Below, one piece after another: positions 20,461 to 31,114 of a stretch of 64,000 nucleotides of DNA (within the stretch, counting starts at the first letter, position 1; each line of letters opens with the position of its first letter). Under the pieces are notes generated by a model. It worked only from the letters and a program-made list of their open reading frames with translations. It was not told where the DNA came from and ran no database searches. The DNA lies in assembly GCA_963848135.1 (NCBI GenBank), contig CAWKCK010000003.1, positions 744,001-808,000 on the forward strand, read 5' to 3'. The DNA is from an uncultured delta proteobacterium. Lineage in GTDB: Bacteria > Desulfobacterota > Desulfobacteria > Desulfobacterales > SG8-13. The translations under genes and the position numbers were made by a program.

Positions 20461-21731
20461 GGCTTAATGACTTCCAGGCCACCCAGATAGGCACGCAAGG
20501 CCTCCGGCACGACGATGCTACCGTCGTTTTGCTGATTATTCTCCAGGATCGCGGCCACAGTTCTTCCAACTGCCAAGCCCGAACCATTCAATGTGTGAAG
20601 GAGATCAGTACCTTTCTGGCCTTTATGCCTAAACCGGATATTCGCCCGGCGGGCCTGGAAGCTTTCACAGTTGGAACAGGATGAAATCTCGCGGTACATG
20701 TTTTGTGCCGGCATCCAAACCTCGATGTCATAGGTTTTTGCCGCTGAAAAACCCATGTCTCCGGTGCAAAGGGTAACAACCCGATAGGGTAGGGCCAGTC
20801 GCTGAAGGATGGTTTCGGCATTGCTCAACATTTTCTCAAGTTCGTCGTAGGACGTTTCCGGCAGCGTCAGCTTTACCATTTCAACCTTGTTGAACTGGTG
20901 CTGTCGAATCAACCCGCGGGTGTCTTTACCGTAAGAGCCGGCTTCGGATCGAAAGCAGGGGGAGTAGGCCGCGTAATAGATCGGCAGTTGGTCTGCGTCC
21001 AGGATTTCACCCTGGTGGATATTTGTGAGCGGTACTTCGGCAGTTGGAATCATAAAGTAATCCCAACCTTCTAATTTGAAAAGATCATGCTCGAATTTAG
21101 GCAGTTGGCCGGTATGGGTCATACTCTGCCGATTGACGACAAATGGGGGCAAAACTTCTGTATAGCCGTGTTCAGAGCCGTGCAAGTCGAGCATAAAATT
21201 TATCAACGCTCTCTCCAAGCGCGCGCCGATGCCTAAATATAACGGGAATCTTGCACCGGTAATTTTGGATGCCCGTTCAAAGTCCAGAATGCCGAGTTTA
21301 GTGCCCAGGTCCCAGTGAGCTTGCGGGATAAATTCGAATTGTGGCGGTGTGCCCACTTGCCTGAGTATAGGGTTATCGTTTTCGTCCTTCCCTTCGGGTA
21401 CTGAGGCATGCGGGATATTTGGAATTTCCATTAATATCTTATTGACTGTTTCTTCGTGAACGACCAGTGTTGATTCTAAGGTCTTTATTTTTGACCCAAC
21501 TGCACGCATCTGTTCCACGCGATCTTGTGCATCGACACCGTCTTTTTTCAGTTCGGCGATTCGATTGGACACGACATTTCGTTCGTGTCGCAACGTCTCA
21601 AGCTCCAATAGGACCTCACGGCGGAGATCGTCTGCGGATTCGAATTCGGAGAGATCGAGATCCGACTGACGAGCGTTCAATGCACGTTTAATCTCCGCTA
21701 AATTCTGCCTAAGAAACTTGATTTCCAGCAT
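20457..21731 (-). CDS. serS: Serine--tRNA ligase
   Basis: [52 protein letters not shown]. Likely start MLEIKF at 21731. Confidence 0.97.
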   Translation of the reverse strand: MLEIKFLRQNLAEIKRALNARQSDLDLSEFESADDLRREVLLELETLRHERNVVSNRIAELKKDGVDAQDRVEQMRAVGSKIKTLESTLVVHEETVNKILMEIPNIPHASVPEGKDENDNPILRQVGTPPQFEFIPQAHWDLGTKLGILDFERASKITGARFPLYLGIGARLERALINFMLDLHGSEHGYTEVLPPFVVNRQSMTHTGQLPKFEHDLFKLEGWDYFMIPTAEVPLTNIHQGEILDADQLPIYYAAYSPCFRSEAGSYGKDTRGLIRQHQFNKVEMVKLTLPETSYDELEKMLSNAETILQRLALPYRVVTLCTGDMGFSAAKTYDIEVWMPAQNMYREISSCSNCESFQARRANIRFRHKGQKGTDLLHTLNGSGLAVGRTVAAILENNQQNDGSIVVPEALRAYLGGLEVIKP

Positions 21732-21996
21732 ATCTGTACCTATGTTTATTGTCGTTTTTTCGGTATATTCCTGCTCAGGTAGATGCCATGACAAAATACC
21801 GCCTGAAATTCAACCGATGTAGCAGTTCTATAACAGGATTTGTAAGGGCAGGGATCCGGCCGAGGACGACGTTTAAAACCGGAAAAGTGCAGAAATCATC
21901 TAACATGAGGTTAGTTTTTAGTCAATGATGAATACAGGTTGACGCGGCTCGGGTTTATCTATAAGGTCATCAGAATTTTGTGAGGGGATAGTGTTT

Positions 21997-22584
21997 ATGG
22001 AAGAAATTCAGAAAAGCAAGGACGATATTCGCAAAGAGATTGCCACCGCAATAGGTAAAATTCCCAAGAACACGCTTGCTGAAAAAACCAAACAAATTGA
22101 GGATCGCCTCTTTGATTTTGCCAATTTCCTCGAAGCGAAAATTGCCTTAATGTATCTCGATAACCCGAGTGAAGTTCAATCAAAGGCGATTATTAAGCGG
22201 ACCTTTGACATCAACAAGATTGTTGTTTTACCTCTGCTTGATACGGGATCCAAGAAATTAAAACTCTTCAAAATAGATGATTTTTCAAAAGATCTTATCC
22301 CCGGTGGTTCAGCCCACCTGCGACCGGATTTTGATCAGTGCCGTGCCGTTCCGATTGACTGCATTGATATTGCAATTATACCCGGAATTGCATTCGATGA
22401 AAAAGGGGGGCGAATCGGCTCTGGCGATGGATACTACGACAGACTCATTCCACAGCTACCGATTACAACGCGCAAGGTGGCCCTGGCATTAGACGATCAA
22501 ATTATCCCCATGGTACCGCTAGAATCACACGACAAGTATGTGGACATTATTATTACGGACAAGCGAATCATATATAAAATATGA
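21997..22584 (+). CDS. 5-formyltetrahydrofolate cyclo-ligase
   Basis: IPGIAFDEKGGRIGSGDGYYDR and ESHD...D.IIT motifs. Confidence 0.92.
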   Translation: MEEIQKSKDDIRKEIATAIGKIPKNTLAEKTKQIEDRLFDFANFLEAKIALMYLDNPSEVQSKAIIKRTFDINKIVVLPLLDTGSKKLKLFKIDDFSKDLIPGGSAHLRPDFDQCRAVPIDCIDIAIIPGIAFDEKGGRIGSGDGYYDRLIPQLPITTRKVALALDDQIIPMVPLESHDKYVDIIITDKRIIYKI

Positions 22585-22929
22585 CGCACTTTACCCGTTA
22601 CCGCGCATTCCGTGATACGAAACCGATTGATTCTGGCCCTCCCGCTTTTCAACAACCTTATTTCGAATCCCTGCCTTCGATGGAATGATCAAGCTATATT
22701 GTTGACCTAAACCGGTGGAACTGATAGTAAAAATTCCGACATGCGCTTAAAATCAGATGATTCGCCGCGGGGATTCATTCATGATAATGATAGATGGCGT
22801 GGTCTTTAAGTGTCCCGCTTATATACGCGGGGTGCATCGAGAGCCTGCCGTCATCTGTATGCCAACAAGAGCTAAATCGATCACCTGTGAAAGAGTTCGG
22901 TGACGGCAGAAACCGTCGCCGGAGAACGT

Positions 22930-23592
22930 ATGATCGAAAAGGAATCGATAAAATTCGAACGTCAGCGCGAGGAAATGGTCAATCGCCAGATTGAGGGACG
23001 TGGTATTACTGACCAGAATGTGCTGGCGGCTATGCGTAAGGTCCCCCGACACCTTTTTGTCAGTGAAGCTTTAAGGGATCAGTCCTACGGCGATTTCCCC
23101 CTTCCTATTGGCGAGCAGCAAACGATTTCCCAACCATACATTGTTGCCGAAATGACTCAGGCGCTACAGATCACGAAAGACAACCGCGTACTCGAGATCG
23201 GGACGGGTTCCGGGTACCAGGCCGCTATTTTAGCGGAAATAGCCTACAAAGTTTACACGATCGAAAGAATTCACTCATTGTTGATCAAGACACGTCGTCT
23301 TTTCGATCAGCTTCGCTATCACAACATTATTACACGCTATGGTGATGGTACAGTCGGATGGGTTGATGAGAGTCCTTTCGATGCGATTATCGTTACCGCC
23401 GGGGCGCCGAAAATACCGGATGTCCTCATTGCTCAGCTTGCCAGCGGTGGACGGATGGTGGTTCCCGTGGGCGACCAGCACTCGCAGGAAATGATAGTGA
23501 TATATAAGGATGAACAAGGTGTACATCGTTCCAACCTCGGTGGGTGTCGATTTGTCAAATTGGTTGGTGAAAATGGTTGGAGCGAACGCTAA
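22930..23592 (+). CDS. pcm: Protein-L-isoaspartate O-methyltransferase
   Basis: VPRHLFV, QTISQPYIVA, VLEIGTGSGYQAA, PFDAIIVTA; GGAG RBS before ATG 22930. Confidence 0.96.
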   Translation: MIEKESIKFERQREEMVNRQIEGRGITDQNVLAAMRKVPRHLFVSEALRDQSYGDFPLPIGEQQTISQPYIVAEMTQALQITKDNRVLEIGTGSGYQAAILAEIAYKVYTIERIHSLLIKTRRLFDQLRYHNIITRYGDGTVGWVDESPFDAIIVTAGAPKIPDVLIAQLASGGRMVVPVGDQHSQEMIVIYKDEQGVHRSNLGGCRFVKLVGENGWSER

Positions 23593-24173
23593 TGTTTAGA
23601 AAAGTCTATAACTGGGTACTGCATTGGGCTGAAACACCATACGGTTCATGGGCGCTTTTCCTTCTGGCGTTTAGTGAATCCTCCTTTTTCCCCATTCCTC
23701 CGGATGTTCTTTTGATCGCTCTCGCAGTAGCCGTGCCACGCAAGTCGATGCGATTTGCGCTGATTTGTTCGGTCGGCTCAGTTCTGGGAGGATGTTTTGG
23801 CTATTTGATCGGCTGGCAATTCATGAGTAGTGTCGGTGAAAAAATTGTCGTCTTTTACGGATTGGACAGCAAAGTCGACTACATTGGCAATCTGTACAGG
23901 CATTACGATGCCTGGGCCATCGGGATCGCTGGGTTTACCCCAATCCCATATAAGGTTTTCACAATTGCCGCCGGCATGTTTAAAATAAATTTTGTCGTGT
24001 TTATCCTCGCATCCTTCGTTTCACGCTCGGCGCGGTTCTTTCTTGTCGGTGGTCTCATCTATCTTTTCGGACCCAGAATACAGCTTTTTATCGAAAAATA
24101 TTTCAACATTCTGGTCGTGGCCTTTACCGTTCTTTTGATCGCCGGTTTCGTGGTTATCAAACATTTTTTCTGA
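23592..24173 (+). CDS. YqaA/DedA-family membrane protein
   Basis: ESSFFPIPPD, GFTPIPYKVFTI, SRSARFF; TAATG overlap with pcm. Confidence 0.92.
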   Translation: MFRKVYNWVLHWAETPYGSWALFLLAFSESSFFPIPPDVLLIALAVAVPRKSMRFALICSVGSVLGGCFGYLIGWQFMSSVGEKIVVFYGLDSKVDYIGNLYRHYDAWAIGIAGFTPIPYKVFTIAAGMFKINFVVFILASFVSRSARFFLVGGLIYLFGPRIQLFIEKYFNILVVAFTVLLIAGFVVIKHFF

Positions 24174-24238
24174 TCAGCCGGCAACCCATACTTTGCCTGA
24201 AGATTCATGCCCTATCGGTGGCCATATGTATCGGTAGC

Positions 24239-25174
24239 CTAATGGTCGGTTTTTTCCAGGAATTTTTGCAACGGATTTTCATCGGCCAGTCCTTTGGTCA
24301 GGTATGCCATAAAAGCCTGTCCGGGCGGTGAAAGGCTGCGGTGTATGTGTCGTGTGAGATAGAAATGGCGCCTGAGGTTCAGACCTTTGATTCTTAAGGC
24401 TTTGAGCGTTCCGGTATTCAGCTCGTCGGCAACGGCGATCGGAGAGACGATCGAAAGACCGATATTGTTCTTTATCCCCTGGACGACGGATTCAGTGCTA
24501 CCGAGTTCTGAAACGATATTGAATTGCTCCAGGGCGTATCCGCTTTTCTGTAAATTGTGCTGAATTGATTTGAGCGTACCTGAACCTGATTCACGCACAA
24601 TGAACCGCTCCCGGAGCAACATATTCAAATCGATGCTGCGTCTGTTGTTCCATTTGTGATCACGGGGGACAATCAGACGCATTTTATCTTCCAGCAAGAC
24701 TTTTTGCTCCAGGTGATTGTCTGAAATGCGGGCGCCCACAACCCCCAATTCAATCTTTCCTGACAGAATGTCGGTTGTGACTTTACCGGTACCCCCAACC
24801 CTCAGGGAGACATATACTTTAGGGAATTTCCTGAGGAATCCGGCGATCAACTGTGGTAGCAGATAACCGCCGGGAATGGTACTGCCACCGACGATCAAGT
24901 TGCCTTCCACAGATTCCTTGAATTGCTTTAGTGCTTCTTCGGTTTCGTCCCGCAAGCCGATCAACCGTTGGGCATAATGGTAGAGAAGTTCACCTTCCTT
25001 TGTGGGAACGGCCTCTTTGGCCAATCGGTCGATCAACCGGCAGCCGAAATGATTCTCGAGGTCCTTGATATGACTGCTGACTGTCGGTTGCGAAAGACGG
25101 GCCCGCTTTCCCGCTTTGGAAAAACTTCGCTGCTCGACGACTTTGCAGAAAATATTGAGCTGCCAGAGGTCCAT
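24239..25174 (-). CDS. LysR-family regulator (CysL / selenium-metabolism-associated-like subfamily)
   Basis: SFSKA...LSQPTVSSHI HTH, GGSTIPG.YLLP, RESGSGT. Confidence 0.9.
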   Translation of the reverse strand: MDLWQLNIFCKVVEQRSFSKAGKRARLSQPTVSSHIKDLENHFGCRLIDRLAKEAVPTKEGELLYHYAQRLIGLRDETEEALKQFKESVEGNLIVGGSTIPGGYLLPQLIAGFLRKFPKVYVSLRVGGTGKVTTDILSGKIELGVVGARISDNHLEQKVLLEDKMRLIVPRDHKWNNRRSIDLNMLLRERFIVRESGSGTLKSIQHNLQKSGYALEQFNIVSELGSTESVVQGIKNNIGLSIVSPIAVADELNTGTLKALRIKGLNLRRHFYLTRHIHRSLSPPGQAFMAYLTKGLADENPLQKFLEKTDH

Positions 25175-25234
25175 TGCGTAAGCAAGCGTCTTGGGAGGGT
25201 GGAATTGCTGAGTGGTTTGTCGGCACTCTGGTTG

Positions 25235-25729
25235 TCACGGTGCGGACTGTTTACGAAATTTTTCTTTTAACTTTTTCAAGACCATCGCTGGTACCATGCC
25301 CTCAATGTTACCGCCAAACCGTGCGGCTTCTTTGATAATAGAGGAACTGGTAAATATCCACCGGAGGCCCGTCATCAAAAAAACAGTTTGAATTTCACGG
25401 TTGAGTCGGCGGTTCATCAGGGCCATTTGGAATTCGTACTCAAAATCCGAAACCGCCCGCATGCCGCGTAGAATCGCCGTGGCTTTACGTTTCGCGGCAT
25501 AGTCCACCAGGAGACCGTCAAAACGATCGATTTCGATATTTGACAACCCCTTCATACTTATCTGCAACATGTCCAACCGTTCCTCGACGGAGAACAACGT
25601 TTCCTTGCCGGGATTGTACAATATGGTGACGATGATTTTGTCGAACAGCTTCAATCCGCGCTTGACGATATCCAGATGCCCGTTTGTTACCGGATCGAAG
25701 GATCCCGGATATATTGCTACCTTGCCCAT
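25235..25729 (-). CDS. coaD: Pantetheine-phosphate adenylyltransferase
   Basis: AIYPGSFDPVTNGHLDI, RGMRAVSDFEYE, SSSIIKE. Confidence 0.97.
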   Translation of the reverse strand: MGKVAIYPGSFDPVTNGHLDIVKRGLKLFDKIIVTILYNPGKETLFSVEERLDMLQISMKGLSNIEIDRFDGLLVDYAAKRKATAILRGMRAVSDFEYEFQMALMNRRLNREIQTVFLMTGLRWIFTSSSIIKEAARFGGNIEGMVPAMVLKKLKEKFRKQSAP

Positions 25730-25814
25730 CGCTATGCTCATAATATTTGAGAGATTCAAAACCGAGGTCAGCTGCCGATAGTCGCGTCCGGGCCTGTAAA
25801 AGGCGCGCTTTATT

Positions 25815-26369
25815 TCATAGCATACATTCTAAAATTGAAACAAGGGTTTTCCCATAGCGCCGCTGGTCGTGGAGAACAAAATTATCCAAATCGGCCGGCA
25901 AAAGTTCGCGGGGAGAATGCTCGATGACCAGGCGGTTGCGGGGGGCCAGTATCGGATGGTTTTGAAAATGTTTCAAGCTGGTCCCGATAAGGTTCATGTT
26001 GTATGGAGGATCCATGAAAACGAGGTTAAAAGGGCCGTTCGACGTATTGAGACAATTGAGACCGGCGGTGACATCCCACCGGACGACACGTGAGCGGGAT
26101 TCGAGCCGACAGAGGGCCAAATTGCGGGAGATGATAGCGATGGCTGACGGGTTATTGTCGATGAAGACGGCGGAATGTGCGGTGCGGCTAAGAGCTTCAA
26201 TACCATAAGCACCCGTACCGGAGAAAAGGTCCAAAACAACAGCCTCCGGCACCCATTTTGCGATAATATTGAAGATTGTTTCGCGCAATCGGTCAGCCGT
26301 TGGACGGATGTCTGTACTTTTTACGGGCGACAACCTTCTGCCGCGTAATATTCCCCCGATAACTCGCAA
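25815..26369 (-). CDS. rsmD: 16S rRNA m2G966 methyltransferase
   Basis: RVIGG...RPTADRLRETIFN, LDLFSGTG, FMDPPY, RRYG; upstream of coaD. Confidence 0.95.
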   Translation of the reverse strand: MRVIGGILRGRRLSPVKSTDIRPTADRLRETIFNIIAKWVPEAVVLDLFSGTGAYGIEALSRTAHSAVFIDNNPSAIAIISRNLALCRLESRSRVVRWDVTAGLNCLNTSNGPFNLVFMDPPYNMNLIGTSLKHFQNHPILAPRNRLVIEHSPRELLPADLDNFVLHDQRRYGKTLVSILECML

Positions 26370-26483
26370 GTGACTATCTACCCATTATGATGTGGCCGGT
26401 AAAATATGGCGAAAGTTGCGCAACTTCGATTTTTTTAGATAAGAGATAGATATAAAGTTATTCATGAAATAAGCGGAGTGATA

Positions 26484-27842
26484 TTAATTGATGATTTTTT
26501 TTATTTTCTTATAAAGGTAGCTACGCCCAACCCCAATCATTTCAGCGGTCCGGCTGATATTGTTCTTATTTTCTTTAAGTTTCTTTTGGATATATTCTTT
26601 TTCAAACTCCTGCTTGGCTTCTTTGAGATTGTCGATTGAAAGTAGGCCGGACTCATCGGCCATTAAATCCGACCTGGTGTCGGGGCTGTATGCATCGGGG
26701 AGTTCCGCGATATCGATGACATCTTTTTCAACCATTATGACCAGCCGTTCCACGAGATTCTTGAGTTCTCGAACATTACCCGGCCAGGATGATCGGCGCA
26801 AAGCTTCAACAGCGTCCTGAGATATCTTCTTTTTCTCTTTTTGAGTTTGCTTGGCAAATTCATCGATAAAAATATCGACCAAGATCGGAATGTCTTCCAA
26901 TCGTTCGCGAAGCGCCGGAACCTCAATTGGCACCACGTTCAAGCGATAGTATAATTCTTCTCGGAATTGGCCGCTTTCGATTTCTTTTTCCAGGTCTTTG
27001 TTGGTGGCGGCAATGACGCGGACATCCACAGAGATGGTCCGGCTGCCGCCGAGGCGGTTGAACTTCTGCTCTTCCAGCACCCGCATCATTTTTGACTGTG
27101 TTCGCAAGCTCATATCACCGATTTCATCGAGAAAAATAGTCCCGCTGTGTGCCAGTTCAAATTTACCCATTTTCTTCATTGATGCCCCGGGGAACGCGCC
27201 TTTTTCATGTCCGAAGAGTTCGCTTTCGATCAGTTCTTCAGGAATGGCGGCACAGTTGACGGTGATCAATGGCTGGGAGGCCCGGCGGCTGAGTTGGTGG
27301 ATGGTGCGGGCCACAAGTTCCTTCCCGGTGCCGTTCTCGCCTTTTATCAATATCCACGTGTCGGTTGGTGCGGCCACGCCGATTTGTTTTTTGAGCTGTT
27401 GTATTGGGGGACTGTTACCGCTGATGGAATTTTTTTCGATCATTTTTTTTCGCAGGTAGCGGTTTTCTTCCTCTAGCCGGCGATAATTCAAGGCGTTGTT
27501 GATGGCAACGATAACCTTATCGATGGATAGCGGCTTTTCGATCAGATCATACGCCCCCATTTTGGTTGCCTTCACGGCGGTTTCTATCGTTCCGTGGCCC
27601 GTGATAATGATCACTGGTATGTAAGGGTTGTTTTTGCGGATCTCCTGCAACGTGTCGATACCGTCGAGCCCCGGCATCCAGATATCGAGCAACACCAGGT
27701 CGGGCGAATCGCTTTCGATATTTTTCAGGGCTTCATAGCCATTGGGCGCTGTGTGGACTTCGAACCCTTCGTCAGTCAACAGGCCCCCAAGAGACTGGAG
27801 AATAGACGGCTCATCATCAACGATCAAGATCGTGGGATTCAT
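26484..27842 (-). CDS. ntrX: NtrX-like sigma54-family response regulator
   Basis: Receiver LLDIWMP, GENGTGKE, IESELFGHEKGAFPGA, C-terminal HTH; follows an NtrY-like kinase; AAGAGGAG RBS. Confidence 0.85.
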   Translation of the reverse strand: MNPTILIVDDEPSILQSLGGLLTDEGFEVHTAPNGYEALKNIESDSPDLVLLDIWMPGLDGIDTLQEIRKNNPYIPVIIITGHGTIETAVKATKMGAYDLIEKPLSIDKVIVAINNALNYRRLEEENRYLRKKMIEKNSISGNSPPIQQLKKQIGVAAPTDTWILIKGENGTGKELVARTIHQLSRRASQPLITVNCAAIPEELIESELFGHEKGAFPGASMKKMGKFELAHSGTIFLDEIGDMSLRTQSKMMRVLEEQKFNRLGGSRTISVDVRVIAATNKDLEKEIESGQFREELYYRLNVVPIEVPALRERLEDIPILVDIFIDEFAKQTQKEKKKISQDAVEALRRSSWPGNVRELKNLVERLVIMVEKDVIDIAELPDAYSPDTRSDLMADESGLLSIDNLKEAKQEFEKEYIQKKLKENKNNISRTAEMIGVGRSYLYKKIKKIIN

Positions 27843-27943
27843 TACCCGAACTCCTCTTACTGTATTGTTGAAAGTCAAATATCATGGCTGCCGGAGGACA
27901 TCACTTTTCATCTCAACAAAAGGTCATATGTCTGGTCTGTTGG

Positions 27944-30181
27944 TTATACCGGCAGCTCGATCACAAATTTCGCCCCGGTCGGCTGATTGTTTTGGACGCT
28001 GATCACCCCATTGTGGTCGCCGACGATCGTACTGACAATCGTGAGACCCAGGCCCATTCCGGCCTTTTTCGTTGAAAAGTTGGGTTCGAACAGGCGGGTC
28101 TTGTCGGCATCCGAAACACCGGGCCCGTTGTCGGCGACTTCGATCCGAACCCGATTTAATATTGGATCGTATGACAAGGTGATCGTAATTTCACCTTTAC
28201 CCTTTATGGCCGCAATTGCATTTTCCAGCAGGTTAATCATGGCCTGCTTGATTTGTTTGCGATCAAGGTTCATCATCGGAACCCTATCGGCCAGTTGTGT
28301 CTGAAAAACGATTTCAGTATAGCCTTCCATGTAGAGCGCTACGGTTTCCTCGATTATTGGCAGCAGTTCGCAAGGCTTAAGATCGACGCTCGGGAATTTG
28401 GCGAAGGCTGAGAACTCGTTGACCAAATTACGAATAAGCTCAACGTGATCGATGATCATTCGGATGCATTCATCGAAAACGGGATCCTCGTGGTCCTTTG
28501 CAAATTTTCGTTTCAATCGTTGGGCGGAAAGCGTAATCGGTGTGAGGGGGTTTTTGACTTCGTGTGCAATTCTGCGTGCCACCTCCCGCCATGCGACCAT
28601 CCGCTGGGCTCTTTCCATCTCTGTCAGGTCATCGAATACCATCACAATGCCCATGTGATTGCCAGTATCATCCCTGAGCGCATTGACATGGGTCATAAAA
28701 CTGCGTGGCCGGCCCTCGATGATCAGCCGTAACGGCAATTGGAAAGCATCGTTCTTCGAGAGCGTGAGGCTGTCCATAATTTCGTTGGCCAACCATCGAA
28801 ATTGGCCGTCCAACAGGTGTTCATAACCGCGATTGAGTACCGCGTCGGTTTTAATTCCGAGCATTCTTTCAGCGGACCGATTGATCGTCTTGATGATTCC
28901 GTCAGCATCAAGTGTAATGACACCAGCGGAGACGTTTTTAAGGACGACTTCCATATATTGCCGTTTTTCTTCGATTTCTGCATTTTGTTGCTGAAGTTTG
29001 GCGGCTGAGAGCTCGAGCTGCTCACGGCTGACACGCAAATCCCGAGTCATCTTGTTAAATGAATCGACCAGACTGCCGATTTCGTCGTCGGCAACGCGTT
29101 CAATAGTAAAACTCAATTCACCCTCGGCCACACGCCGGGTTCCCTCGGCCAATTCTTTGATGGGTATGCTCATTGAACGGGCGAGATAAAAACCTAACCA
29201 GATGGCACAGAACAGAACCAACAAGGCTACGATCGACAAAACGATGTAGTACGTATTTTGGATCGGTTTTTTCAGTAACTTGATTTGCTGGTACTCTTCA
29301 AAACCTCTTGTTATGGATTTCATGCTCTGGGAGATGTCCGGTACCAGAAGGATCGAAATGATAAGGTAACCTTCTATCTGATCGTGGTCGGCTCCGAAGG
29401 GAATCGTTCCCACCGTCCGAATCAACTCTCCTTTAGTGACGTACTCTGAATGCGTCCAAACATTTTTAGGAATCGCATTTTCAAGAAGTACGTGGGAAGG
29501 GACGATTCCAAAAACTGTACTTCCAAGATCTTCGGAAAGGGAAAAGGTCAACCGATTGGCATTAATATCGTAAACTTCGATTGCAGCAATATTGAATTCA
29601 CGCTGAACAACGCGTATATAGCGCGAGAGTGCAGTGGAATTATTAGGATTTAGGAATTCCTTTTTAACGATCTGGTAGGATGCTCTTTCGAGGAAGAACT
29701 GGCTGTTGGTCTCAACCTGCTGATAAACGCTTCGCCCCACGACGAGTGAATTCTCAAGCGCCTGTTCTACCGGAACGTTAAACCAGAAGTCGAGACTGGT
29801 GGTGATAAAGTTTATGGAGAAAAAAAACAAGACAATCGTCGGCAGAAGGGTAAGCGCAATGAATGCTACCGTGAGGCGCGTTCGAAGCTTGGCACCCATA
29901 ACTTTGCGCTTACGTTCGTAAAGCAGTTTAACCAGGTTGCGAAAAACCAGAAAAATCAGCAAGATCAACAGCAGCAAATTGATATTGATGAGGATAAACA
30001 TCAAAATGGTGTTGGAGACAGGGATGTCTGTACCGAAATTAATTACCCGAAATTCTGCAAGGGTCAGAAACGCGACAATGACAAATATGACGACAATGAG
30101 AATGACCTCGCGCTTGCGCCTTTTTTTGTCGGCCTGTTTCGGCGTTAGAGATATGTTCCTGTTTGCCTTGGTCTCATTCAT
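27944..30181 (-). CDS. ntrY: NtrY-like HAMP/PAS sensor histidine kinase
   Basis: GAKLRTRL, HAMP and PAS domains, AWREVARRIAHEVKNPLTPITLSAQRL, GMGLGL. Confidence 0.9.
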   Translation of the reverse strand: MNETKANRNISLTPKQADKKRRKREVILIVVIFVIVAFLTLAEFRVINFGTDIPVSNTILMFILININLLLLILLIFLVFRNLVKLLYERKRKVMGAKLRTRLTVAFIALTLLPTIVLFFFSINFITTSLDFWFNVPVEQALENSLVVGRSVYQQVETNSQFFLERASYQIVKKEFLNPNNSTALSRYIRVVQREFNIAAIEVYDINANRLTFSLSEDLGSTVFGIVPSHVLLENAIPKNVWTHSEYVTKGELIRTVGTIPFGADHDQIEGYLIISILLVPDISQSMKSITRGFEEYQQIKLLKKPIQNTYYIVLSIVALLVLFCAIWLGFYLARSMSIPIKELAEGTRRVAEGELSFTIERVADDEIGSLVDSFNKMTRDLRVSREQLELSAAKLQQQNAEIEEKRQYMEVVLKNVSAGVITLDADGIIKTINRSAERMLGIKTDAVLNRGYEHLLDGQFRWLANEIMDSLTLSKNDAFQLPLRLIIEGRPRSFMTHVNALRDDTGNHMGIVMVFDDLTEMERAQRMVAWREVARRIAHEVKNPLTPITLSAQRLKRKFAKDHEDPVFDECIRMIIDHVELIRNLVNEFSAFAKFPSVDLKPCELLPIIEETVALYMEGYTEIVFQTQLADRVPMMNLDRKQIKQAMINLLENAIAAIKGKGEITITLSYDPILNRVRIEVADNGPGVSDADKTRLFEPNFSTKKAGMGLGLTIVSTIVGDHNGVISVQNNQPTGAKFVIELPV

Positions 30182-30300
30182 GTGAAAAAGGGAAAAAGAA
30201 AGGTGACGCCGCTATTCCTTCACTAACGGCACAATGCCGCTGGTTTTACCCATGGCAATTTGTGGCGATTTGGCGGCGGCATAGCGGGCGGAATCCGTGG

Positions 30301-30873
30301 CTAATATATGAAATCGATTGTATACCAATCCGTTTCGACGTCCCATAAGGAAAAGAGTATATAGTGTAGATATAGTGGCAGGGTTAGCTTACTGACCTCA
30401 GCCTTTGCCCGGATTTGGTACTGGCGGCCCTTTTCCAGTTCCTTCAGTGGATACACTGGCAGGGCATCGATTTCGGTCATCCATTTTTGAGCTTGTGAGA
30501 AAGAACGGGTAACCATCGGCTCTCCTTCTCTCCACGAACGTTTGATCGTAAAGTCTTTCTTTAGATTGTCATATTTGATGGTGTGTGAGAGGGTGATATC
30601 GGTAATTTTTCTGTCGACCCACCAGTTGCGGATTTGGTAAAGGTTGATATAAAATGTGAATGTTGCCGGAACACCGCTGATGATGGCTTCCTTGAGTTTT
30701 TCTGTAAAGCTTCCCTCAAGATTGAAACTGAGCAGGAGATCGTAACGCGTATTACTGACGGTAATGTGGGTCAACACCGCGTCCTGGGCCAGCAACGGGT
30801 TGCTACCACACAATAGCGTGATAAATAGCCCTAAACAGACGACGCTTGTTTTCACGGGGTTTACCGAAGCCAT
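30301..30873 (-). CDS. DUF4390-family periplasmic protein
   Basis: Signal peptide, EAIISGVP, R.WW.D, IKYDNL, LPLYLHY...WDVETDW; typical position upstream of ntrY. Confidence 0.8.
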   Translation of the reverse strand: MASVNPVKTSVVCLGLFITLLCGSNPLLAQDAVLTHITVSNTRYDLLLSFNLEGSFTEKLKEAIISGVPATFTFYINLYQIRNWWVDRKITDITLSHTIKYDNLKKDFTIKRSWREGEPMVTRSFSQAQKWMTEIDALPVYPLKELEKGRQYQIRAKAEVSKLTLPLYLHYILFSLWDVETDWYTIDFIY

Positions 30874-31114
30874 GCGGTCAAATACGCCCCTCTTGGTTCT
30901 TTGACAAAAAGCATCTAATCGCAATGAGTGTCTGCAAAACAAGAGATATAAGCTATAAAGCAGACGGTATCCATGCACGATTCGGTGAAATGATTTGTAA
31001 TATACCGTGCATATGCTTGTGCAGCAGTTATTCAATGCCTTTTTGGACCGAATGATCCAATGGCGCATTTTAAGCGCAATCGGATGGGTCTTCAAAACAT
31101 ACACGAAAACCTTA

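Noticed and set aside
21795..21990. 6S RNA upstream of the 5-formyl-THF cyclo-ligase gene (a common arrangement)
   Set aside because: No long self-complementary rod is visible, and a TTGACG-N17-TAAGGT promoter-like element just upstream of the gene leaves no room.
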